A stretch of 32,000 nt of DNA from Zymomonas mobilis subsp. mobilis ATCC 10988 (lineage in GTDB: Bacteria > Pseudomonadota > Alphaproteobacteria > Sphingomonadales > Sphingomonadaceae): positions 900,001 through 932,000 of the forward strand of contig NC_017262.1 in the NCBI RefSeq assembly GCF_000175255.2. The letters are read 5' to 3'. The translations under genes were made by a program, and so were the position numbers. Positions 17,330 through 26,483 of this stretch are shown in pieces (within the stretch, counting starts at the first letter, position 1; each line of letters starts with the position of its first letter). Under the pieces are notes generated by a model. That model was not told the DNA's origin. It was given only the letters and a program-made list of their open reading frames with translations, and made no database searches.

Positions 17330-17884
17330 ATGGCTTCCAAGGCGCTGAGTTTCGTCGTCGGCGATTACGTCGTATATCCCAAGCACGGTGTTGGGCGCGT
17401 AGTTGAGTTACAAAGCCAAGAAATTGCCGGAACCCGTCTTGAACTTTATGTCCTGCGTTTTGAAAAAGAACGGATGACCTTGAGAGTTCCGACAAACAAA
17501 GCAGAAGCAGTCGGCATGCGGAAGCTTTCATCCAGTGCGACGCTTCAGGAAGCAATCCAGACTTTGAAGGGAAAACCCCGTATCAAGCGGACAATGTGGT
17601 CTCGGCGGGCGCAGGAATATGAAACCAAGATCAATTCGGGTGATCTCGTTTCTATTGCCGAAGTGGTGCGTGATTTGTTCCGTGCCGATGATCAGCCGGA
17701 GCAGAGCTATTCTGAACGCCAGATTTTTGAAGGGGCAGCTTCCCGTCTTGCTCGCGAATTAGGCGCGATGGAAAACACCGATGAAGCGCAGGCGTTAGAT
17801 AAAATCTTTGACGTTTTGAAGGCTGCTGCTGCTGAACATCGTCAGGCGGTTAAAGAATTAGCTAAAGAAGAAGCGGTAGATTAA
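17330..17884 (+). CDS. carD: CarD/CdnL-family RNA-polymerase-binding transcription regulator
   Basis: 184-aa ORF with the CarD_TRCF N-domain motif FVVGDYVVYPKHGVGRVVEL...LELYVLRF...MTLRVP. Confidence 0.92.
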   Translation: MASKALSFVVGDYVVYPKHGVGRVVELQSQEIAGTRLELYVLRFEKERMTLRVPTNKAEAVGMRKLSSSATLQEAIQTLKGKPRIKRTMWSRRAQEYETKINSGDLVSIAEVVRDLFRADDQPEQSYSERQIFEGAASRLARELGAMENTDEAQALDKIFDVLKAAAAEHRQAVKELAKEEAVD

Positions 17885-17935
17885 AATAAAGGCCTTGAAA
17901 AAGGCTTTTTCTTTTATCTCAAGATAATCTTCAAA

Positions 17936-17970
17936 TAAAAACGGCTTTTATGAAAAAGCCGTTTTTATTT
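17936..17970. terminator. Strong bidirectional rho-independent terminator after carD
   Basis: AAAAACGGCTTTT-ATGA-AAAAGCCGTTTTT. The core stem is CGGCTTTT/AAAAGCCG (17942-17961), flanked by an A-run and a T-run. Confidence 0.7.
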
Positions 17971-18108
17971 TAATATTAAGTAATTTATAAAAATTTGATA
18001 AAAATAGATTTATAAAGCCCAATCTTATAAAGAATTAGGGTGTTTTTGTCGTTACCATTATTTAAAATTTCTTCCAAAAGCGGAATATATTAAACCGAGA
18101 GGCGCGTT

Positions 18109-18408
18109 ATGTCTGCCTACGTTATTTCTGATACCAATCCCAAAGATCCTGACGCATGGAAAATCTATATTGGATTAGCGGCTACCGCTATCAAGCAATA
18201 TGGTGGTCGCTATTTATCTCGAGGGAACGAAATTGATGTCATTGAAGGGGAATGGACTCCCCGTGCGATTGTGGTCATTGAATTTCCAGATATGGCGACA
18301 GCAAAAACATGGTATGCTTCCCCAGAATATGCAAAAGCCTTGGTCTATCGAGATAAAGCACTGAAACGTAATTTGATTTTTATTGATGGTTATAAAGGCG
18401 AAAATTGA
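18109..18408 (+). CDS. DUF1330-domain protein
   Basis: 99-aa ORF (MSAYVISDTNPKDPDAWKIYIGLAATAIKQYGGRYLSRG...VVIEFPDMATAKTWYASPEYAKAL) matching my recollection of the DUF1330 family pattern. Confidence 0.8.
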   Translation: MSAYVISDTNPKDPDAWKIYIGLAATAIKQYGGRYLSRGNEIDVIEGEWTPRAIVVIEFPDMATAKTWYASPEYAKALVYRDKALKRNLIFIDGYKGEN

Positions 18409-18487
18409 GATAAAAACCTTGTTGAATTATGATATGAATTAACATAATTAAATATTATATTATTTTTTTATAATTTTAGAGCAGATT

Positions 18488-19249
18488 GTGCGTGATCGTT
18501 ACAAGATAGGATGCTGTCTTCTTTTTATTATAGCGGCTTTTGCTGTGATAACGGTAAAGGTTTGGCCTTCCTTTTCAGGAAGAATTGACCAATCCTATCA
18601 TTTTCAACCTTTCGACACGCTTTATTTAGCGGGTATTGATGATGCAGAAATCATTCTGGGTGATGATTATTCTGTTAATCTTCAAGTCGCGCCAAAGGCT
18701 GTGAAGTCTTTGGATATCGAGTTCAAAAATAATAGCTTGAATATTCTATATAAGAAAAATTGGCTAAACTATCTCGATTTTCACAAATCACCTGTCAAAA
18801 TTCGGATTACACTGCCTGTTTTGAAAGAATGTGTTTCTTCTGGCGCTGGCTTTGTCTCGATCGAGGGCGAAGTCAGAAATCCTTTGACCGTTATTTTAAA
18901 TGGCTCGGGGAAAATAAATGTTTCCAGTGCTATTCGTGATAATTTGACGGCTATTTTAAACGGGTCAGGCGCGATCTCTTTTTCAGATATTCATGCTGAC
19001 AAAGTCGTATCTGATATTATGGGTTCTGGTCAGATTACTTTTGCCGGAGATTCACGATCTGCTACACTTCGTCTTATGGGATCTGGCAAGATGGATGTCA
19101 GCAAATTCCAGTCGCAGACTGTTAATCTATCTTTGATGGGCTCCGGCGATATTGAAGTAAAGCCGGACGCGGATATGAGCCGTTGGAAGATTTCCAAAAT
19201 GGGAAGTGGTAATATCCGGCAGCAAAAGGCTATACCCCTAAAAGGATAG
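18488..19249 (+). CDS. DUF2807 / head-GIN-domain protein (putative adhesin-head-like beta-helix), membrane-anchored
   Basis: 253-aa ORF with a GTG start and an N-terminal TM segment (CCLLFIIAAFAVITV). It has repeated (N/M)GSG-x-(I/M)-x-(V/F) beta-helix rungs: NGSGKINVS, NGSGAISFS, MGSGQITFA, MGSGKMDVS, MGSGDIEVK, MGSGNIRQ. Confidence 0.8.
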   Translation: MRDRYKIGCCLLFIIAAFAVITVKVWPSFSGRIDQSYHFQPFDTLYLAGIDDAEIILGDDYSVNLQVAPKAVKSLDIEFKNNSLNILYKKNWLNYLDFHKSPVKIRITLPVLKECVSSGAGFVSIEGEVRNPLTVILNGSGKINVSSAIRDNLTAILNGSGAISFSDIHADKVVSDIMGSGQITFAGDSRSATLRLMGSGKMDVSKFQSQTVNLSLMGSGDIEVKPDADMSRWKISKMGSGNIRQQKAIPLKG

Positions 19250-19257
19250 CCTTGCCG

Positions 19258-19905
19258 TTAGCGATGTAACAGAAAAAGAGCGCTTTCTGCACGCCAATTG
19301 GCTGCGGTGGCGGAAATTTGCCTGTTATGAGAGAAAAACCAGCTTTCTTTTACTTGGTAGTGATGCTGTGCCGTGAAGTCATAGAAATCTTCAATAGTCA
19401 GCATATGAATGTTATCAGTTTCATACCATGAAATAGGCAGATTGGGGGTTACTGGCATCCGTCCCCTTAGCATTAAAGCCATGCGCACTTTCCAATAAGC
19501 GAAATTCGGGAAAGAGATAAAAGCATAGCGTCCGATGCGTAAAAGCTGGTTCAAAACCTGATGTGGGGCGCGTGTCGTCTGCAATGTCTGGCTTAGGATA
19601 ACAAAATCAAAAGCCTGATCAGGGTAATTGATCAGATCTGTGTCGGCATCACCCTGTATAACCGATAATCCTCGCGACACCGCATGGCCGACATTAACGG
19701 GATTGATTTCGATGCCACGGGCATCAATATTTTTGCTCTTTTTTAAAGAAGCGATCAGCGTACCATCGCCGCAGCCAATATCCAGCACCCGACTTTCAGG
19801 GATGATATGATTGGAGATAATAGCAAAGTCAGGCCGCTCCGGTTGCATTGACAGAGACAATTTTACCGAAGGGTCTTCCAGAATTTGAGGATCTTTCAGA
19901 GACAT
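19258..19905 (-). CDS. metW: Methionine biosynthesis protein MetW (methyltransferase-fold partner of MetX)
   Basis: 215-aa ORF with the SAM-fold motif VLDIGCGDGTL and the MetW-typical ...FDFVILSQTLQTTRAPHQVL...FISFPNFAYWKVR...WYETDNIHMLTIEDF. Its start overlaps the metX stop (TAATG). Confidence 0.92.
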   Translation of the reverse strand: MSLKDPQILEDPSVKLSLSMQPERPDFAIISNHIIPESRVLDIGCGDGTLIASLKKSKNIDARGIEINPVNVGHAVSRGLSVIQGDADTDLINYPDQAFDFVILSQTLQTTRAPHQVLNQLLRIGRYAFISFPNFAYWKVRMALMLRGRMPVTPNLPISWYETDNIHMLTIEDFYDFTAQHHYQVKESWFFSHNRQISATAANWRAESALFLLHR

Positions 19906-21026
19906 TATGCGCGGTCACCTTCTAAAAAGCCATGAACCGTTCGGTGAAGGTCTGGCGCATCCAACAAGAAAGAGTCGTGGCCGTTCGGGTTAGATAGCTC
20001 CATAAAGCTGACGGCGGCCCCTGCCGCATTAAGGGCATGGACGATAACCCGCGATTCTGAGGTGGGGTATAGCCAATCACTATCGAAGCTGATGACGCAA
20101 AAGCGGCTTTTGGTGCCTCTGAACGCATTGGCCAATTTCCCACCATGCTCCTCTGCAAGATCGAAATAGTCGGTCGCTCGAGTGATGTAGAGATAGGAAT
20201 TGGCATCAAAGCGTTCAACAAAACGGATGCCTTGATGTCTAAGATAGCTTTCAATCTGAAAATCGGCATCAAAACCGAAGCTCTTTTCCTGTCGCGATTG
20301 TAAGCGCCGTCCGAAACGGGCGGTGAGACCGGATTCGGACAAATAGGTAATATGTGCGGCCATACGGGCAACCGCCAGACCGGCAACCGGTGGGTCTTTT
20401 TCTTCGTAATAGTTACCTTGGCGCCATTTCGGATCCGCCATGATAGCTTGCCGACCGACTTCATGAAAAGCGATATTTTGTGCTGAGTGACGGGCTGTTG
20501 ACGCAATAATAACGACTGATTTTACCCGATCGGGATAGGTCGATGCCCATTCCAAAGCTTGCATTCCGCCCATTGAACCGCCGATCACGGCCTTTAATTG
20601 CCGGATGCCGAGATAATCGAGTAATTTAGCCTGCGCCCGCACCATATCCCGAATAGTAATCACCGGAAAATTCATCGCATAAGGTGTTTCTGTTCCGGGC
20701 ATAAAGCTGGAAGGCCCCGTTGACCCCAGACAAGAGCCGAGAACATTGGAACAAATAATGCAATAGCGTTCGGGGTCGATGGGTTTGCCTTTGCCAATCA
20801 TCCGCGACCACCAGCCCGGTTTGCCAGTAATCGGGTGGTCGGATGCCGCAAATTGGTCAGCCGTTAACGGGTGGCAGATAAGGATCGCATTGGAAGCATC
20901 TGCATTGAGGTGGCCATAGGTTTCATAAGCAATTTCAATTCCGGTGAGTAGGCTGCCCCCATCAAGAGCCAGTTCTCCCGGTAAAGTAATATGCCGTTTA
21001 AGGCCAAAGCGTCTGTCGTTATTCAT
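19905..21026 (-). CDS. metX: Homoserine O-acetyltransferase
   Basis: 373-aa alpha/beta-hydrolase ORF with the nucleophile elbow [12 protein letters not shown] and a typical MetX N-terminus (...[20 protein letters not shown]). A TAG lies two codons upstream of the ATG, so the start cannot be extended. Confidence 0.95.
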   Translation of the reverse strand: MNNDRRFGLKRHITLPGELALDGGSLLTGIEIAYETYGHLNADASNAILICHPLTADQFAASDHPITGKPGWWSRMIGKGKPIDPERYCIICSNVLGSCLGSTGPSSFMPGTETPYAMNFPVITIRDMVRAQAKLLDYLGIRQLKAVIGGSMGGMQALEWASTYPDRVKSVVIIASTARHSAQNIAFHEVGRQAIMADPKWRQGNYYEEKDPPVAGLAVARMAAHITYLSESGLTARFGRRLQSRQEKSFGFDADFQIESYLRHQGIRFVERFDANSYLYITRATDYFDLAEEHGGKLANAFRGTKSRFCVISFDSDWLYPTSESRVIVHALNAAGAAVSFMELSNPNGHDSFLLDAPDLHRTVHGFLEGDRA

Positions 21027-21237
21027 TATCTATTGTCGATTGGCGGTTACAGCAGGGCTTGTCAACGCAGGATTGGGATTATCGGCAGGAAGCCGAGGGT
21101 GATCTTTCTATTTTGTATAATATTGCGTCGTTTTTGTAACCATAAAGTCAGCATGATGAATAAATTCTGTTTTGGAATCGCCTGTTATGGATATTCGCTG
21201 CAATCTGTAATAACGCTTTTCAATAGAGCAAAGGCAG

Positions 21238-21303
21238 AAGCTTTTATGCCCTATCAGGCAATGGACAAAGCTGGACTCTATTTTTAGAGAAATCCTTGGC
21301 CTT
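21238..21303 (-). promoter_or_regulatory. Candidate SAM-II-like riboswitch / structured element in the metXW leader (unverified)
   Basis: The minus-strand RNA reads GGCCAAGGAUUUCUCUAAAAAUAGAGUCCAGCUUUGUCCAUUGCCUGAUAGGGCAUAAAAGCUU. It carries, in order, GAUUU, AGCUUU, UUGC and AAAAGCU. AGCUUU is complementary to AAAGCU, as in the SAM-II pseudoknot as I recall it. Caveats: it lies about 215 nt from the metX ATG, and two simple hairpins explain it equally well. Confidence 0.3.
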
Positions 21304-21404
21304 GTGTTTTGAATATTCTCAGCTCAGCGCTGAGAGGGATGGGGCGTGGTTATTTTGAGCCATCATTTTGTCGGAATCTGCGCTTTGGAAGTAAGGAGTA
21401 TTAT

Positions 21405-22154
21405 ATGTCCAAGACCGCTTTAATTACGGGAGCAACGGCAGGTTTCGGCGCAGCGACAGCACGGCTTTTCGTGCGTCATGGCTGGAAAGTGGTGGCAACA
21501 GGTCGCAGGCGTGACCGTTTAGACGAATTGGTTCGTGAGCTGGGTGAAGAAAATCTTTTTCCGGCGGTTTTTGATATTAGAGATGAAAACGCCATGAAGG
21601 AGGCGCTGGCTTCTCTGCCTTCCGAATTTTCTGAAATGGATTTGTTAATCAATAATGCCGGTCTTGCCCTTGGCACCAAGCCTGCGCCTGATATTCAATT
21701 GGATGATTGGCGTATCATGATCGATACCAATGTCACTGCCTTGGCCGTTATTACCCAGCATTTATTGCCTAAGCTGATCGAACGTCAGGGTATGATTATC
21801 AATTTGAGTTCGGTTGCTGCTCATTGGCCTTATCCCGGCGGGAATTGCTATGGTGGGACAAAAGCCTTTGTCCGTCAATTTTCTTATGGTTTACGCTGTG
21901 ATTTGCATGGCACCGGTGTTCGTGTAACGTCTATTGAACCCGGTCTTTGCGAGAGTGAGTTTACTTTGGTGCGAACCAAAGGTGATCAGAAAGCCTATGA
22001 TGAAACCTATAAGGGGGCAAAAGCTCTACAGCCGGAGGATATCGCCGAAACCCTGTTCTGGGTCGCCAGTCAGCCTGCCCATATTAATATGAATTCGATT
22101 GAGCTGATGCCAGTCAGTCAAACATGGAATCCATTCCGAATTTATCGCGGTTAA
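21405..22154 (+). CDS. Short-chain dehydrogenase/reductase (YdfG-like NADP-dependent 3-hydroxy-acid dehydrogenase type)
   Basis: Has TGATAGFG (TGxxxGxG), NNAG, and the catalytic S...YGGTK (YxxxK). I chose the ATG at 21405 (MSKTALITG...), which has AAGGAG 6 nt upstream, over the tracked upstream start at 21309. Confidence 0.9.
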   Translation: MSKTALITGATAGFGAATARLFVRHGWKVVATGRRRDRLDELVRELGEENLFPAVFDIRDENAMKEALASLPSEFSEMDLLINNAGLALGTKPAPDIQLDDWRIMIDTNVTALAVITQHLLPKLIERQGMIINLSSVAAHWPYPGGNCYGGTKAFVRQFSYGLRCDLHGTGVRVTSIEPGLCESEFTLVRTKGDQKAYDETYKGAKALQPEDIAETLFWVASQPAHINMNSIELMPVSQTWNPFRIYRG

Positions 22155-22169
22155 TTATTAAGGTCTTTT

Positions 22170-24935
22170 GTGACAGAATATTCTGATAAGCCCCATCTTA
22201 TTCTGATTGATGGATCGGGTTATATTTTTCGTGCCTATCATCGTCTCCCCCCGTTAACGAACAAGGCTGGACTGCCTGCGGGAGCGGTTTATGGTTTTAC
22301 CACCATGCTTTGGAAGCTGGTGGAAAATATCCGCAAGCAGGATGATGCCCCGACCCATTTCGCGGTTATTTTTGATTCAAGCCGCAAAAGTTTTAGACAG
22401 GATTTATATCCGGCCTATAAAGCCCATCGGCCGCCGCCGCCGGAAGATTTGGTGCCGCAATTCCCGCTTATCAGAGAAGCGACCCGCGCCTTTTCTGTGC
22501 CTTCTATCGAGCAGGAAGGTTTGGAAGCCGACGATATTATCGCCTGTTATTCACGAGTTGCCTTAGAACGCGGATTTCAGGTGACGGTCTATTCTTCGGA
22601 TAAAGATCTGATGCAGTTGATTCAGCCGCGATTAAATCTTTTTGATCCGGTGAATAATTGCCTGATCGGTTCGGAACAGGTCGTTAAAAAATTTGGTGTT
22701 GTGCCTGAAAAATTGGGCGATCTTCTCGCCTTGATGGGGGATACCGCCGATAATATACCTGGTGTTCCCGGTGTGGGCCCGAAAACCGCCAGTCGCCTTA
22801 TCAATGAATATGGTAATCTGAGCGAGATTTTGGAATCAGCACCGGAAATCAAGCAGCCGAAATTAAGACAAAATCTAATCGAATATAAAGAAACGGCTAT
22901 TTTATCTCGTGAATTGGTAGCTTTGGTTGATGATAAGCCTTTACCCGAACCACTGGATAATCTGGTGGTGAAGGGGGTTGATATGACTCCTTTGCGGGAT
23001 TTCTTGAGCGAGCAGGGCTTTTCTTCTTTATTAGCGAGAGCTGGGGGAGGGCAGAGCGCACCCGTTGCTGATGGCAGTAAAGAGATGGCCGCTTCTTCTT
23101 CGCAGAGTTTCGACCCTGATGCCTATGAAACCGTGATCGATGAAAAGGCTTTGGATCGCTGGATAGCAGATATCTATCAAAAAGGTCAGGTCGCGGTAGA
23201 TACTGAAACTGACAATCTGGATGCAACCCAAGCGCAATTAGTGGGTGTCAGTTTGTCCACGGAGGCGGGGAAAGCCTGTTATATCCCTTGTGGGCATGGA
23301 GGCCATGATCTTCTTGACCAGAAGCCCGATCAAATGGATTTGTTGCTTCTTGTCAAAAAGTTAAAGCCGGTTTTGGAAGATCCCTCTATTCTGAAAATCG
23401 GTCAGAATATCAAATATGATATGATTGTTCTGTCCCGATACGGAATTTCGGTTCAGCCCTTCGATGATACCATGCTTTTGAGCTATGATCTTGATGCGGG
23501 TCGCCATGGCCATGGTATGGATGAACTGAGTCTTTTGTATTTTGACCACCAGCCCATCAGTTTTAAATCCGTATGTGGCACAGGAAAATCAGCGATAACC
23601 TTTAACCATGTGCCTATTCCGGCAGCGACGCGTTACGCCGCCGAAGATGCTGATATTACTTTTCGGTTGTGGGCATTATTAAAACCGCGCTTATCATCCG
23701 ATGGTGCTACCCGAATTTACGAAGAGGTTGACCGTCCGTTACCGCCAGTGATTGCTCGGATGGAGCAGGCTGGCATTACGGTCGATAGCGTTGCTTTGCA
23801 TCATCTGTCTTCCCGTTTTGCTCATGATATCAGTCGTCTCGAAGAAGAAATCTATGCCTTGGCAGGCTGCCGTTTCTTGATTTCTAGCCCTAAGCAGTTG
23901 GGTGAAGTGTTATTCGGGACGATGGGGCTTGCTGGTGGTAAAAAGAGCAAAAGCGGACAATATTCTACCAATGTTACGGAATTGGAACGATTAGCGGCCG
24001 AAGGTGAGGTGATTGCCTCCAAGATTTTGGAATGGCGGCAGCTTTCAAAGCTGAAAAGCACCTATAGTGATGCTTTGATTGGCAAGATCAATCCTGAAAC
24101 GGGGCGTGTCCATACCAGCTTTAGTCTGGTTGGGGCGCAGACTGGCCGATTATCTTCTACTGATCCGAATTTGCAGAATATTCCTATCCGCACCGAAATT
24201 GGTCGGGAAATCAGAAATGCCTTTATCGCAAAAAAAGGGCATCTGTTATTATCGGCTGACTATTCGCAGATAGAGTTGAGATTGGCGGCGCATGTAGCCG
24301 ACGAAAAAGCCTTATTACAAGCCTTTCAGGAGAAAGAAGATATTCACGCTTTGACAGCCAAACAGTTATTTGGTCATGTTGATCGTGAAAGTCGGGCGCG
24401 TGCCAAGACCATCAATTTTGCTATTCTCTATGGTATTTCGGCTTGGGGGCTGGCAGCGCGGCTGGAAATAGACCGTTTTTCAGCGCAGGAAATGATAGAC
24501 CGCTATTTTGAGCGTTTTCCTGCTATTCGTCACTATATTGATCGGACATTGGATTTTGTCCGTTTGCATGGCTATGTTGAAACGCCTTTTGGTCGTAAGA
24601 CTCATTTGCCTGCGATAAAAAGCCGTAAAGTGACAGAAAGGCAAGCCGCTGAAAGACAGGCGATCAATGCGCCTATTCAAGGCATGTCTGCCGATATTAT
24701 CAAGCGAGCCATGGTGCGAATGGAGCCTGCCTTAGCAAAAGTCGGACTTTCTTCGGTGAAAATGCTTTTACAGGTTCATGATGAACTGATTTTTGAAGTC
24801 CCCGAAGAAGATATTGAAAAAGCGAAACCTGTTATTCGTCAGGTGATGATGGAGGCGGCTTTACCGATTGTTCAGTTGTCGGTTGATCTGGAAGTCGAAA
24901 TCGGCACGGGGACAAGTTGGGGTGCCGCACATTGA
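22170..24935 (+). CDS. polA: DNA polymerase I
   Basis: 921-aa ORF with a GTG start, a 5'-3' exonuclease N-domain (LILIDGSGYIFRAYH), a 3'-5' exo domain, and polymerase motif A DYSQIELRLAAH and motif C QVHDELIFE. Confidence 0.97.
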   Translation: MTEYSDKPHLILIDGSGYIFRAYHRLPPLTNKAGLPAGAVYGFTTMLWKLVENIRKQDDAPTHFAVIFDSSRKSFRQDLYPAYKAHRPPPPEDLVPQFPLIREATRAFSVPSIEQEGLEADDIIACYSRVALERGFQVTVYSSDKDLMQLIQPRLNLFDPVNNCLIGSEQVVKKFGVVPEKLGDLLALMGDTADNIPGVPGVGPKTASRLINEYGNLSEILESAPEIKQPKLRQNLIEYKETAILSRELVALVDDKPLPEPLDNLVVKGVDMTPLRDFLSEQGFSSLLARAGGGQSAPVADGSKEMAASSSQSFDPDAYETVIDEKALDRWIADIYQKGQVAVDTETDNLDATQAQLVGVSLSTEAGKACYIPCGHGGHDLLDQKPDQMDLLLLVKKLKPVLEDPSILKIGQNIKYDMIVLSRYGISVQPFDDTMLLSYDLDAGRHGHGMDELSLLYFDHQPISFKSVCGTGKSAITFNHVPIPAATRYAAEDADITFRLWALLKPRLSSDGATRIYEEVDRPLPPVIARMEQAGITVDSVALHHLSSRFAHDISRLEEEIYALAGCRFLISSPKQLGEVLFGTMGLAGGKKSKSGQYSTNVTELERLAAEGEVIASKILEWRQLSKLKSTYSDALIGKINPETGRVHTSFSLVGAQTGRLSSTDPNLQNIPIRTEIGREIRNAFIAKKGHLLLSADYSQIELRLAAHVADEKALLQAFQEKEDIHALTAKQLFGHVDRESRARAKTINFAILYGISAWGLAARLEIDRFSAQEMIDRYFERFPAIRHYIDRTLDFVRLHGYVETPFGRKTHLPAIKSRKVTERQAAERQAINAPIQGMSADIIKRAMVRMEPALAKVGLSSVKMLLQVHDELIFEVPEEDIEKAKPVIRQVMMEAALPIVQLSVDLEVEIGTGTSWGAAH

Positions 24936-26479
24936 CAACCCTAAATAAAGAAGAAGCTGAAGCTAAAGATATTGCTATCTTGGCAAAGGGTGGGCGCACC
25001 AATGTTTTTGGCTTTCTGTTACGCTTGGCAGCCCGTATCCCCTTTCTTTTTATTGCGGGGCGTATCTATGGTGCCGATGCACTTGGCCGTTTTGCCTATG
25101 CTATTTTGGTAACAGAATTTACTGCCCAACTGGCAACATTAGGGTTGACCCGAGGGCTGGCCGAGAAATTGGCGCGCACGAAAAAAGACGAAAATCACGT
25201 CGTCGGGGATGCGTTATTGCTATCCTTGATAACCGCTTCGATCGGGGCGGTGATTTTGTCTTTCCTACCTATCCTGATGTTTCGGGGCGCGCCTGTCAGC
25301 TTTGCTGACCATTGGTTATTCCCTTGGGTCGTGGTGCCTTTAGTCTGGGCTGATATTGCCTTGGCGGCCTTGGCTTTTTATGGCGATATTGCGGCTAGCG
25401 TGAAAGCGCAGGCGATTATCGAGCCTTGGGTGTTGTCTATTTCATCGGTGATTTTTATCTGGATAGCGCCGCATGAAGGTTTGTTATTATCCTATGTTGC
25501 CTCGGCAGTCGCGGCTTTGGCTGCATCGCTTTATCCTCTGTTAAAGCGTTTCGGTTGGCCGCATGGTTGGCGTCCCCATATTCCGACCTTATTTTCTCTG
25601 GCAAGGCGCAATATTCCCTTGGCCGCTGCTGATGCGATTGAATGGAGTTCGAGGCGGCTTGATATCGTTTTATTGGGGCTGTTTTTCTCTTCTTCAGTCG
25701 TCGGGGTCTATTATGTTGCCCAACAGGTCGCCTCTTTGGTGCAAAAGCTGAAAACCAGTTTCGATCCGATTTTGGGCCCTGTAATTACCCGTAGTCTGGA
25801 GGCTGGTGATAAAGCGGCGGTTGCCAATCAGGTGCGTCAGGTCGGATTTTGGATTATTGCAGCGCAGACCGGCGTTACCCTTGCTTTGGGTTTGACCAGT
25901 CATGGTGTCATGGGGTTAGTGGGCCCTCGCTTTGCTGGTGGTGATGGGGCATTATGCTTTTTGTTGGTTGCAGAAGTGGTAGCCGCAACCGCAGTCATTT
26001 CAGAAGCTGCCCTGATTTATATTGCCCCCAAAACCAATATGGCTATTTCGATTGCGATGCTGTCTTTGCAGGCTGCCCTTTCAATTCCGTTGATTTCTGT
26101 TTTGCATAAGCATCTGGGACATAATCCTTTACCGTCAGACTTGGCGGCTGCTGCGGGCCCAGCACTTGCCTTGGCGATATCGCTTGGCACTGGCTCCATT
26201 TTGAAATCATGCTTGTTACGCCGCCTTTTGAAAGCGCCAGTTTCTCCTTGGAAATGGGCCTTGCTTCCGGCAGTGATTGGGGCAGGGGCTGTGGGAATGG
26301 TAGCGCGGCAATTCCCTGAATGGCTGGAACTGTCTTTGGGCGTTATTATGATCTTGGTCAGCTATTCTTCTATTATCTGGTATTTAGGATTTTCGGCTGA
26401 AGACCGGATGCTGTTTAAACGCCAGAAAATGCCCGATTTAGCTGAACCCGTGATGAAAGCAGATGAGGAAGAGGCTTGA
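24917..26479 (+). CDS. MOP-superfamily (Wzx/PST-like) polysaccharide/oligosaccharide flippase-family membrane protein
   Basis: 520-aa polytopic ORF of about 12-14 TM segments. Its N-terminal pattern (...NVFGFLLRLAARIPFLFIAGRIYGADALGRFAYAILVTEFTAQLATLGLTRGL) is typical of polysaccharide-biosynthesis or flippase proteins. The start is uncertain: TTG at 24917 or TTG at 24932. Either one overlaps the polA stop. Confidence 0.65.
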   Translation: MGCRTLTTLNKEEAEAKDIAILAKGGRTNVFGFLLRLAARIPFLFIAGRIYGADALGRFAYAILVTEFTAQLATLGLTRGLAEKLARTKKDENHVVGDALLLSLITASIGAVILSFLPILMFRGAPVSFADHWLFPWVVVPLVWADIALAALAFYGDIAASVKAQAIIEPWVLSISSVIFIWIAPHEGLLLSYVASAVAALAASLYPLLKRFGWPHGWRPHIPTLFSLARRNIPLAAADAIEWSSRRLDIVLLGLFFSSSVVGVYYVAQQVASLVQKLKTSFDPILGPVITRSLEAGDKAAVANQVRQVGFWIIAAQTGVTLALGLTSHGVMGLVGPRFAGGDGALCFLLVAEVVAATAVISEAALIYIAPKTNMAISIAMLSLQAALSIPLISVLHKHLGHNPLPSDLAAAAGPALALAISLGTGSILKSCLLRRLLKAPVSPWKWALLPAVIGAGAVGMVARQFPEWLELSLGVIMILVSYSSIIWYLGFSAEDRMLFKRQKMPDLAEPVMKADEEEA

Positions 26480-26483
26480 CCGG

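Noticed and set aside
19922-20506. 194-aa alternative-frame ORF within metX, and the 128-aa antisense ORF 8187..8573 within purH
   Set aside because: Both lie fully inside high-confidence conserved genes and their sequences are not protein-like. They are typical overlapping-frame artefacts.
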